Assembly (NCBI GenBank): GCA_946628005.1
Contig: CAMOWA010000001.1
Coordinates: forward strand, 36,140 to 100,139
DNA: 64,000 nt
Source: an uncultured Bacillales bacterium
GTDB taxonomy: Bacteria; Bacillota_I; Bacilli_A; RF39; UBA660
Direction: 5' to 3'
This document shows, piece by piece, positions 20,132 to 29,312 of this stretch. Made by a program: the position numbers and the translations under genes. Below the pieces are notes generated by a model. It saw only the letters and a program-made list of their open reading frames with translations. It was not told where the DNA came from and ran no database searches. Each line of letters opens with the position of its first letter. Within the stretch, counting starts at the first letter, position 1.

Positions 20132-20184
20132 TGTACCACCTCTTTTATTGTACAATGTTAGATAAGAAAATGCAAAGTAATACT

Positions 20185-20214
20185 GAATAAAATAGTTCTT
20201 TTTTCTTCATAATA
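20185..20214 (+). promoter_or_regulatory. Sigma-G-type forespore promoter
   Basis: GAATA-N18-CATAATA immediately upstream of sspI. Confidence 0.65.
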
Positions 20215-20230
20215 AAGATGGAGGCTAAAT

Positions 20231-20461
20231 ATGGATATTAATATTAGAGAACATATAATTAATAATTTTCATGGAGATGATTTTCAAACTTTAAAAAAAG
20301 CTATAGATGAAGCTGTCAAGAATATGGATGAGGTTACTCTTCCTGGCCTTGGAGTATTTTTAGAAATTATATGGGAAGATGCTTCTTTAGAGTTAAAAAA
20401 TGAAATGATTGAAATTATTAGAAAAAGAGTACAAAAAGGACTAGAGAAAGATAATCTCTAG
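20231..20461 (+). CDS. sspI: Small acid-soluble spore protein SspI
   Basis: MDINIR..I..N...I.EAV...DE.TLPGLGVFLEIIWE. Confidence 0.85.
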   Translation: MDINIREHIINNFHGDDFQTLKKAIDEAVKNMDEVTLPGLGVFLEIIWEDASLELKNEMIEIIRKRVQKGLEKDNL

Positions 20462-20467
20462 TCTATT

Positions 20468-22114
20468 TTATTTATAAATTGGTTCATATACTGTTCCAGT
20501 AAACCATACTTCTCCGCTATCTTTATCACGAATAACATACATAAATGGTTTATCAAATGTCATATCAATTTCTTTTACAGGGACCTTAAATAAATGTTCA
20601 AAATATGGCCCATGAGCTGCTCCATATCCTCCAAATGCTGTTGCAGCAGAAGCTCTTATTCCGTCATTTGATAGTTCAATAGTAGCTTGATGAATTGCTT
20701 TATCTATAGAAATTCCTTTACCTTTTGTAATATTTGATAAGTCTGCTTTCTCATCAAAGACATCTTTAATTCCCAACTTTTGTAAATCTTTTAATAATTG
20801 TAATTTATATTCAAATTTAAAGAATGGAATAAATCCTCTAATTCTTGTTACATATCCTTCTTCAAAACTATCTATATTTACTTCTTTTAAGTCATTTATC
20901 AATTTATTTAATTCATCTTTATTAGTATCTTTAATAAAATCTGTAAGTTCTTTATTTTTAGGCATGATTGCAACATATTGTAGTGTCATTCCATCGTATG
21001 TGTCTAGGTCTTTAGCAAATGTTTTTACATCATCTGTTTCATTTACTAAGAAATCTGTTGAGTTAGCTTTTTTACCGTAGTTTTCCTTTAACTCATTAAT
21101 AAACTTGTTTACACCTTCTTCTACTGGTAAATCTCCTTTTCCTTCAGGAGTTTTTAACCATTCTTCATATTCTGGTGTAATGATTTCTCTGATTTTATCT
21201 TCTCCTAAGTCTTTAATAATATCATATTTATTAAAATCTGCTAAAACTTCTCCACCTTTGGCATTTTCTTTTCCATTAAATTCATTTTTTCTATTATATC
21301 CTCCAAAGAAATCATCTTCTGATGAATATGGATATTCAACTACATCATAATTCATTGTACTATCATCATCTAATTTTTCATGTAAATATTCAATTCTATA
21401 ATTTCCATCATTTATACATGGTATTTTATGACTTGTTTCACAATGAATTTGATTTTTCCAGTTCATATCAATTGCTAAAGCATTAATTAAAAAGAAAACG
21501 TTTCCATCTACACTATCTACTAAATTATTAATAAGTTTAAATGTTTTATTACTTACCCAACTATTAATATTATCTGGATTTGCAAATGGATCAAGTATTA
21601 CTTCTGCATTATACTTATTTTTTAGAGTATCTATGTAAGTACTCTTTACTTCATCTTTGAAGGTATCTTTTATAAACATTGCATTGGCAAAACTCATATG
21701 CTCACTATTAGGGTAAGATTTTGCTTTGTAATCCCCAACTACTGCTTCTATTTGTTTTTTTGTTTCTCCTTCTGAACCATCTTTTAGCATTTCTAAAGCA
21801 TATTTAATTGATAATGGACTATATACTTTGTTTTTAGCTTCATTTTCTAGTTTTAAAAAGTATAAGTCAAAATTTTCTAATGAATTTCCACTCATTCTAT
21901 ATTCTGATTTTACTTCTTTTACGTCAACACCTGCTTTTTTTGTTTTACTAGGAATATTATCCTTTAATAGAAAAACTCCGCCAACACAAAAAACTGCTAA
22001 TAAAAGAATAACTCCTACTATTATTCCACTCTTCTTTTTCTTTTTATGTGGAACTTCTTGATTTTGATTATTACTAGTATTGTCATCTAGTACTTCTATT
22101 TCTTCATTTCCCAT
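20468..22114 (-). CDS. Membrane-anchored serpin
   Basis: NKVYSPLSI, INSWVSNKT, hinge GIRASAATA, FDKPFMYVIRD...WFTG; N-terminal TM. Confidence 0.88.
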   Translation of the reverse strand: MGNEEIEVLDDNTSNNQNQEVPHKKKKKSGIIVGVILLLAVFCVGGVFLLKDNIPSKTKKAGVDVKEVKSEYRMSGNSLENFDLYFLKLENEAKNKVYSPLSIKYALEMLKDGSEGETKKQIEAVVGDYKAKSYPNSEHMSFANAMFIKDTFKDEVKSTYIDTLKNKYNAEVILDPFANPDNINSWVSNKTFKLINNLVDSVDGNVFFLINALAIDMNWKNQIHCETSHKIPCINDGNYRIEYLHEKLDDDSTMNYDVVEYPYSSEDDFFGGYNRKNEFNGKENAKGGEVLADFNKYDIIKDLGEDKIREIITPEYEEWLKTPEGKGDLPVEEGVNKFINELKENYGKKANSTDFLVNETDDVKTFAKDLDTYDGMTLQYVAIMPKNKELTDFIKDTNKDELNKLINDLKEVNIDSFEEGYVTRIRGFIPFFKFEYKLQLLKDLQKLGIKDVFDEKADLSNITKGKGISIDKAIHQATIELSNDGIRASAATAFGGYGAAHGPYFEHLFKVPVKEIDMTFDKPFMYVIRDKDSGEVWFTGTVYEPIYK

Positions 22115-22192
22115 TTTTACACTCTCCTTACTATAACAATTTTATCAAAGAAAAAGAGCTTTTTCAAGCTCCCTTGTTAAAATCATTTTATG

Positions 22193-22723
22193 TTAACTAC
22201 AAATTTTTGTTAAAGTATTATTTAATTCTTCGAGTTTGTCTGTTGTGGTTTCTGTTCCATATAGATAAATCTTATATTGTTGATTTACTTTAAAGAGAAT
22301 GGCTGATAATGGTCCAGAGCCAGGGTTATTTTCTATGTCGTATCTTACGGAAATTAAATAATCATAATTTTGATTTTTAATAGATAAATCTTTCAATTCA
22401 AAAGAAGGTGCACCTGACTTTTTCATTTCTGTTTCAATAGTTTCTTGAATTTCATCCATCTCATCTTCCGTAAATACATATTCTGTACTAAATTTTGTTA
22501 ATGGGCATTCTCCTTTTTTTATATTAGTTTCATTCGTGTCTATTGTTTCAGTCTCTTTTTCTTCTTTTTTTGTATCATTCTTTGATTCTGATAAATATTT
22601 AATTGTATTTTTTTGTGATTGATCTTTTCCAAAAAAATATCCAAGTCCAGCAAAAGCAATCATCAATACGATAATTAATATTATTACTAATACTTTGTTT
22701 GATTTTTTTTCATTTTCATTCAT
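22193..22723 (-). CDS. Membrane-anchored surface protein (array member)
   Basis: Charged N-tail plus TM ending GLGYFFG, similar to its neighbours. Confidence 0.65.
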   Translation of the reverse strand: MNENEKKSNKVLVIILIIVLMIAFAGLGYFFGKDQSQKNTIKYLSESKNDTKKEEKETETIDTNETNIKKGECPLTKFSTEYVFTEDEMDEIQETIETEMKKSGAPSFELKDLSIKNQNYDYLISVRYDIENNPGSGPLSAILFKVNQQYKIYLYGTETTTDKLEELNNTLTKICS

Positions 22724-22767
22724 TCTTATATTCTCCTTACTATATTTAAAAAACTAATCTATTAACA

Positions 22768-23562
22768 TTATTCTTCGTTATATATTTTTTTATTAGCTGG
22801 TTCACTAGATACAAATACATAATTACCATCTTCTAATTTAAACTTAAATATATATTTTGTTCCTTCTTCAAATGGTATTGGTGTTGTATCATATATATGA
22901 TCTACTATTACATCTTGCTTTTCATAATCAGAATAGTATTTATTACCATCAGAAAATACCACTGAAACTGTTATATCTAGTTGACCATCTTTTTCTACTG
23001 CTTTGATAATTTGGTAGGTTGTTCTAGGACCACATATTCCTCCGCATGTTGTTTCTACGGAAGAAAATGTTTTTGTTTCTTTATCATAATTGTACTGATT
23101 ACAATAATAGCCACTAAAATCTATTTCGTCTGGATTAAAATTATAGTCTTTTCCTAAATACTTTTGAACTGCTTTTGTGTACTCATCTAAAGTTATAGTA
23201 CTTATATTTTTGTTTTTAAATTCTTTAAATTCAACCATAGAATAAGCAATTTGATTAGGTATATCTGATACAATATACTTTTTATTTATTGCATATCTTT
23301 CTATGTTATTACATTGAAATCCAAAATCTAGTATTTTATCCATTGATTCTGTTACAATCTTATCCGTTGTATTATATACTATTGTTTTACTTTCTTTAAC
23401 ATTTTTTTTAGAAATATTTGGCTCATCTTTTTTAGAATCAACTTTTACATTATTATTGGTTCCAATTAAATAACCTACTCCAATACATAGAATCATTATT
23501 ACAAATACCAATAAAGCAATTACTGTATTATTTGTTTTTTTATTTTCTTTTTCTTCACTCAT
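22768..23562 (-). CDS. Membrane-anchored surface protein (array member)
   Basis: First 40 codons identical to 23807-24727; ends with GNYVFVSSE. Confidence 0.75.
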   Translation of the reverse strand: MSEEKENKKTNNTVIALLVFVIMILCIGVGYLIGTNNNVKVDSKKDEPNISKKNVKESKTIVYNTTDKIVTESMDKILDFGFQCNNIERYAINKKYIVSDIPNQIAYSMVEFKEFKNKNISTITLDEYTKAVQKYLGKDYNFNPDEIDFSGYYCNQYNYDKETKTFSSVETTCGGICGPRTTYQIIKAVEKDGQLDITVSVVFSDGNKYYSDYEKQDVIVDHIYDTTPIPFEEGTKYIFKFKLEDGNYVFVSSEPANKKIYNEE

Positions 23563-23677
23563 TTTTTTCACCCTTTCTATTATAATTTTAACATTACTTA
23601 CTTAAAAAAAAAATAGAGGTAATATATTACTTCTATTTTTTTACATTTTTTTGTCAATTTTAGTTTACTTAATTTCA
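23443..23677. repeat. 235 bp direct repeat, copy 1
   Basis: Identical by eye to 24608-24842 (offset 1165). Confidence 0.9.
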
Positions 23678-23806
23678 TTATTTATAATATTCTATTTTTC
23701 CATCTAACATTTTTATTATTATAATTATTATATTAAAGTAAACAGTGTCTTTTCAAGTCCTATAAAAATAATTGTTTTTTTCGTTATTTTCTAATCAAAT
23801 GGTATT

Positions 23807-24727
23807 TTATAAAGGCTTGTCTAATATTTCGCTACTTACAAATATATAATTTCCGTTACTATCTTTTTTATAAATACTAGTAATTGTTCCGGCAACATCT
23901 AAATAGTCATCAACTGTTAATTTTTGATTTTCAATTCCTTCTATCGCAAATTTTTTTGCTCCAAGATATAGTGTATGTGATGGATTTGCAAATACATTAT
24001 AATAAATATCTTTATTACTATAATCTGTAGTATAATATATAGCCTTTTCAATAACTTTTATTGAATCATCTTTTTCAAAAACATCTATAATTTTTCTTGT
24101 TGTTATTTGAGCTTCTGGCCCTGATGTTCCATCGGCTCCATGATAATAAATTATAAATTTTTTTGTTCCTTTGTCATAATTTAAAACTGAGTATAAATTA
24201 CCTCCTCCTAAAGTTTTCCAATCACTTATAATCTGCTCGTTAGAAAGTCCAACATTACGATTAAGATTATAATCATAATTATATTGATTTCCAAAATACT
24301 TTTCTAAAATTTTATCTACTTTTGCTTTATCTACTTTTGCATGATAGGTATATCCATATTGATCTTTTTCAATGTCTGTAAAATCTTCTTCTTTAAAATG
24401 ATCAGCAGCAATAGATATTAATTCTTTATCATAAAATGAATATCCTCCATTCACACGACTTGATTTATAAATATAATTGTATAATTCATCATATACATTT
24501 TGTACTTTTGAAATATCGGTTCCAATACTTTTCCATTTACCTTCATTCTTATTATTTATACTATCTTTTCCGGTTTTTTTTATCTCTGTATCCTTTTTAG
24601 ATTCTAATTTTACATTATTATTGGTTCCAATTAAATAACCTACTCCAATACATAGAATCATTATTACAAATACCAATAAAGCAATTACTGTATTATTTGT
24701 TTTTTTATTTTCTTTTTCTTCACTCAT
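23807..24727 (-). CDS. Membrane-anchored surface protein (array member)
   Basis: Shared 40-aa N-terminus; ends with GNYIFVSSE. Confidence 0.75.
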   Translation of the reverse strand: MSEEKENKKTNNTVIALLVFVIMILCIGVGYLIGTNNNVKLESKKDTEIKKTGKDSINNKNEGKWKSIGTDISKVQNVYDELYNYIYKSSRVNGGYSFYDKELISIAADHFKEEDFTDIEKDQYGYTYHAKVDKAKVDKILEKYFGNQYNYDYNLNRNVGLSNEQIISDWKTLGGGNLYSVLNYDKGTKKFIIYYHGADGTSGPEAQITTRKIIDVFEKDDSIKVIEKAIYYTTDYSNKDIYYNVFANPSHTLYLGAKKFAIEGIENQKLTVDDYLDVAGTITSIYKKDSNGNYIFVSSEILDKPL

Positions 24728-24842
24728 TTTTTTCACCCTTTCTATTATAATTTTAACATTACTTACTTAAAAAAAAAATAGAGGTAATATATTACTTCTA
24801 TTTTTTTACATTTTTTTGTCAATTTTAGTTTACTTAATTTCA
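24608..24842. repeat. 235 bp direct repeat, copy 2
   Basis: Identical by eye to 23443-23677. Confidence 0.9.
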
Positions 24843-24931
24843 CTTTTTATAAAATAATAATTACTTCCATCTTTTTTGTATTCTGATATTATGATTACTG
24901 ATTTATCTATCTAATCATCTATATTATTTTT

Positions 24932-27301
24932 TTATTTATCTCTTAATTCAGCATGATGAGTTGTTGTTACTTTTTCAATTATTTTATTGAATGATGTCAT
25001 TACTTCATCGTCGGTTAGTGTTCTATCAATTCCATTAAATAATAGATTAAATGCTACACTTTTCTTGTTTTGATCAATATTTTCTCCTTGATAAACATCA
25101 AATACATTTATTTTTTGTAATGTTTTATTACTTGCTTTTTTAATTGTTTTTTCTATTTCACTAACATCAATTGTTTTATCGAGAATAAATGCCATATCTT
25201 TTTCTATACTTGGATATTTATATGCTTCTTTATATTTTAATTTAGATGTTTTTCCATATAAGCTATTTAAATTACATTCAAATATATAGATATCTTTTTT
25301 TGTTATGTTTGGATGTACTTTACCTATTATTCCTATATTTTTTCCATCTAAAATAATATTTGCTTGTACCCCTGGATGAAGATCCTTACATGTACTTTTC
25401 GTAAATGAATATCTATTTTCATACCCCATATAGTTTAATAAATCTTCTATTATTCCTTTTACTAGGTAAAAATCTATTTCAAAATCTTTTTTCCAAGTAT
25501 TTGTTAAGTAACTTCCTGTCATAAGTCCAGCTATTTTAGTAGTCTCTTCATATTTAGAATCATATGTTTTAGCAATTTCATAAATAGAAATATCTTTTAC
25601 TCCATGAGATTTATTATATTCATAAACATTCATTAATGATGGAATTAGAGTTGTTCTTACAATACTTTTATCTATACTCATTGGATTTGGTAGTTTTACA
25701 GGAGATTTTTCTTCATACTTGAACATTTCTGACATTTCTGGGCTTACTAGAGTGTATGTTTTTACTTCATTTAATCCTAGAGAACGTAATCTTTTAGATA
25801 TCATCTTACGATATTTTACATCTCCTATATATTCTCCTCTTCTTATTGGAACATTTGGAATAGATGATACTAAATTATTATATCCATATAATCTTCCAAT
25901 TTCTTCGGCTATATCATTTACGTTTGGATCAATATCAAGTCTTCTTTTTGGAATTGTTACTTCAAACTTATGATTTTTTACTTTGTAGTTAAAGTCTAAT
26001 CTTTCTAATTCTTTTTTCATATCTTCTTCACTGATATTTATACCAAGTAGTTTGTCTACATCTTCCGGATAGAAAGATAATTTTTTTTCAATATGATCTT
26101 CATTATCTATTAATACATATCCATCTAAAATCTCTGCATCTGCGTATTTTTCAAGTAAATGACAGGCCCTTTTACTTGCCATTTCAGTATACTCGTAGTT
26201 TAATCCTTTACCATACCTAATAGATGCTTCACTAGGCAATTCTAATTTTTTAGAAGTATATCTTATACTTACTGGATTAAAAATAGCTGATTCAATAAGG
26301 ATACTTTTTGTGTTCTCATCTACTTCAGTGTTTTCTCCACCCATAACACCAGCAATACAAACTGCTTTTTTTCCATCTGTTATAACAATATCATCATTTG
26401 ACAGTGTTCTTTCTTTTCCATCAAGTGTTATTATTTTTTCATTTTCTTCTGCATCTCTAACAACTATTTTATTTCCTAATTTATCTTTATCAAAGAAGTG
26501 TAGGGGTTGTCCAAACTCTAACATTACATAGTTTGATATATCTACTACATTATTAATTGGACGCATACCAGCTGCGATTAATCTTTTCTTTATAAATTCT
26601 GGACTTTCTTTTATCTTAATATTTTTTACTTCCCTTGCCATATAATATGTACATTTATTAGTTTTTACTTCAAGTTTAAAATGATCATCTATTTTATCTT
26701 TTATTGTTTTATACTCTAGGCTTGGTAATGATACTTTTCTATTTAAAATACAAGCTATTTCATAAGCAAAACCAATATGATAGTAGCAGTCATTATTACG
26801 GTGTTTATGGATATCTAAATCATATAAAGTATCATCTAAGCCTAAATAGTTAATTGGATCTTCTCCAAGTGGTGCCTTTTCATCTAATTCTTCTATTCCT
26901 TTGGCATAATTTTCTTCCGTTTTTTCTTCTAGGCCAAGTTCAAATAAAGCACACATCATTCCAAATGACTCTACACCACGTATTTTACTTTTTTTTATTT
27001 CAAAATTTCCTGGTAGAACTGCTCCTACTTTAGCAACAATTACCTTTAGACCTTCACGTACATTCGAAGCTCCACAGACTATTTGTAATTCTTCATCTTT
27101 AATATCTACCTTACATACATGAAGGTGGTCACTATCTGGATGATTTTTTACCTCTTTTATCTGGCCAATAACCAAGTTGTCTATATGATGAGTTATGACT
27201 CCTTCTACATTTATTCCAGCTTCTGTAATTTTTCTTGCTAAATCATGAACATCTTGGTCTTTTATATCAATATAGTCTCCTACCCAATTTAGACTTATCA
27301 T
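24932..27301 (-). CDS. pheT: Phenylalanyl-tRNA synthetase beta subunit
   Basis: HPDSDHL, QIVCGA, RPINNVVDISNYVMLEFGQPLH, DIAEEIGRLYGY. Confidence 0.97.
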   Translation of the reverse strand: MISLNWVGDYIDIKDQDVHDLARKITEAGINVEGVITHHIDNLVIGQIKEVKNHPDSDHLHVCKVDIKDEELQIVCGASNVREGLKVIVAKVGAVLPGNFEIKKSKIRGVESFGMMCALFELGLEEKTEENYAKGIEELDEKAPLGEDPINYLGLDDTLYDLDIHKHRNNDCYYHIGFAYEIACILNRKVSLPSLEYKTIKDKIDDHFKLEVKTNKCTYYMAREVKNIKIKESPEFIKKRLIAAGMRPINNVVDISNYVMLEFGQPLHFFDKDKLGNKIVVRDAEENEKIITLDGKERTLSNDDIVITDGKKAVCIAGVMGGENTEVDENTKSILIESAIFNPVSIRYTSKKLELPSEASIRYGKGLNYEYTEMASKRACHLLEKYADAEILDGYVLIDNEDHIEKKLSFYPEDVDKLLGINISEEDMKKELERLDFNYKVKNHKFEVTIPKRRLDIDPNVNDIAEEIGRLYGYNNLVSSIPNVPIRRGEYIGDVKYRKMISKRLRSLGLNEVKTYTLVSPEMSEMFKYEEKSPVKLPNPMSIDKSIVRTTLIPSLMNVYEYNKSHGVKDISIYEIAKTYDSKYEETTKIAGLMTGSYLTNTWKKDFEIDFYLVKGIIEDLLNYMGYENRYSFTKSTCKDLHPGVQANIILDGKNIGIIGKVHPNITKKDIYIFECNLNSLYGKTSKLKYKEAYKYPSIEKDMAFILDKTIDVSEIEKTIKKASNKTLQKINVFDVYQGENIDQNKKSVAFNLLFNGIDRTLTDDEVMTSFNKIIEKVTTTHHAELRDK

Positions 27302-28350
27302 TATTCCTCATCCTCCCTATCAAAATTACTAGTCTCTCTTAAATCTGTGTTATAGAAAGTTCTAATGTCTTTTATATCATATTTTAACATTGCTAAACGT
27401 TCTGCTCCAAAACCAAAAGCAAAACCACTCCATTTATCTGGATCATATCCACTCATTCTTAATACATTGGGATGAACCATTCCTGCTCCAACTACAGTAA
27501 CCCATCCTGTATTTTTACATATATTGCAACCTTTTCCATGACAGTTTACACATGTAATATCCACTTCTACACTTGGTTCTGTAAATTGATAGTAACTTGG
27601 CCTAAATCTTGTTTCTACATCATTTCCAAATAGTCTTTTAAACAATATATCCATTGTTCCTTTTAAATCACTTAATGAAATATCTTTATCTACTAATAAA
27701 CCTTCAATTTGCATAAATTGATGTGAGTGAGATGCATCATCATCATCTCTTCTATAAGTTTTTCCTGGACAAATCATTCTTATTGGAACTTCTCCTTTTC
27801 CTTTTAACATGGTACGAACTTGTACTGGAGACGTTTGACTTCTAAGTAATATTTCTTCTCCTTCAATGTAAAACGTATCTTGAGCATCTCTTGCTGGATG
27901 TCCTTTTGGTATATTTAACATTTCAAAGTTATATTTATCCTCTTCAATTTCTGGACCATCTACAACATCATATCCCATTGATAAAAATACTTCTTCTACT
28001 TCTTCAATTACTTTTTCTAAAATATTAGGTGATCCCATTGGTACTTTTGTTGATGGAAGTGATATATCTATTGTTTCACTTTCTAATCTTTTGTTTAATT
28101 CTTCTTCATCTAATTTATTTTTAATTTTATCATAAAAGTCTTGAAACTCTTTACGTAGTTCATTTACTTTCATACCAAATTCTTTTTTCTCTTCATTTGA
28201 TACATTCTTAATCTCACTATTAAGTTCAGTAATAAGACCTTTTTTACCTAAATATTTTACTCTTAAATCATCTAATACTTTTAAATCATCTGTTTCAACT
28301 AAATCTTTTTGAAGCATTTCTTTTACTTCATTAATTCTTTTGTTCTCCAT
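27301..28350 (-). CDS. pheS: Phenylalanyl-tRNA synthetase alpha subunit
   Basis: HPARDAQDTF, LLRSQTSPVQ, FTEPS, GFAFGFGAER. Confidence 0.98.
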   Translation of the reverse strand: MENKRINEVKEMLQKDLVETDDLKVLDDLRVKYLGKKGLITELNSEIKNVSNEEKKEFGMKVNELRKEFQDFYDKIKNKLDEEELNKRLESETIDISLPSTKVPMGSPNILEKVIEEVEEVFLSMGYDVVDGPEIEEDKYNFEMLNIPKGHPARDAQDTFYIEGEEILLRSQTSPVQVRTMLKGKGEVPIRMICPGKTYRRDDDDASHSHQFMQIEGLLVDKDISLSDLKGTMDILFKRLFGNDVETRFRPSYYQFTEPSVEVDITCVNCHGKGCNICKNTGWVTVVGAGMVHPNVLRMSGYDPDKWSGFAFGFGAERLAMLKYDIKDIRTFYNTDLRETSNFDREDEE

Positions 28351-28352
28351 AA

Positions 28353-28979
28353 TTACCTCCTATTTTTTATTTCATCTAAACTTCTAACTTTAACTAATGT
28401 TTTATGATGTACATCTTTTCTATCTACAAGAATTGCATTCATACCAACTGCTTTAGGTGCAATATAATCAGTTTCAGTATCATCACCAACTACATAACAT
28501 AATAAAGGATCTACTCCTCCAGCAGCCATCCAATATGCTTCTTTATGAGGTTTAGTAATAATATCTCCTGAATAAAAAGCATCAATGTAATCATATAATC
28601 CAGCTCTCATTAATCTTTCTTTTTGACTTTCTCCAAACCAATTAGTAAGAACTGCAATTGAATCACCTTTACTTTTTAAATACTCTAATACTTCTTTAGC
28701 ATGTGGATCAACTGTATCATCTATTACTGCAACCAATTCATCCCAAATTCTCATATCTTCTGGAGTAACTGGTAATTCAGTAGCATTTCTTAAATAAGTT
28801 GCTAAATCTTTATAATCATATCTTCTAAATTTTCTTTCGTACTTTCTAAGTACTGGTCCAATATTATCCATGACTGTTTTTGCTTTTTCTCCAAACTTAT
28901 CAATAAAATATTGATCAGTTTTAGTCCAATCTGGAATTAATAAAGTGTAATCTTCATCAAAAATATATCTTCTCTTCAT
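28353..28979 (-). CDS. HAD family hydrolase
   Basis: FDEDYTL (DxD), LTN, KP, VGDD...D; start set 7 nt after GGGGG. Confidence 0.85.
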   Translation of the reverse strand: MKRRYIFDEDYTLLIPDWTKTDQYFIDKFGEKAKTVMDNIGPVLRKYERKFRRYDYKDLATYLRNATELPVTPEDMRIWDELVAVIDDTVDPHAKEVLEYLKSKGDSIAVLTNWFGESQKERLMRAGLYDYIDAFYSGDIITKPHKEAYWMAAGGVDPLLCYVVGDDTETDYIAPKAVGMNAILVDRKDVHHKTLVKVRSLDEIKNRR

Positions 28980-28991
28980 GTTCATTCCCCC

Positions 28992-29200
28992 AAAAAAAAA
29001 TAACTAATCTATAAGGACGAATAATCGCGGTACCACCTTATTTCATAGTTATTTACTACACACTCAAATCTTTTAACGCAAGAAATACGCTTACTATTAA
29101 TAAGAACTCCGTAGGCGAATTCATAGATTCATCTTAACTATTCCCACCAGCCATAGTCTCTCTAAAAAGAATTCTCTACTACTATTCCTCTTCATAGTCG
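28992..29200 (-). promoter_or_regulatory. T-box riboswitch (Phe)
   Basis: AAGGUGGUACCGCG; Stem I with AGAGA and GCUG motifs; specifier UUC at 29117-29119; CGUUA in the Stem IIA/B region. Confidence 0.92.
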
Positions 29201-29312
29201 ATAAACGTATTATATCATAGTTTTATTCTTGTGAATACTACTTTTTTATATTTTTAGTTAAACTAGATACATACTATTTGATAATCTTTCCAAATATTCT
29301 TGTTCTTCTAAT

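Noticed and set aside
23443-24842. DGR, shufflon or CRISPR interpretation of the 235-bp repeat
   Set aside because: The copies are identical and direct, with no adenine-specific differences, reverse transcriptase, invertase or spacers.
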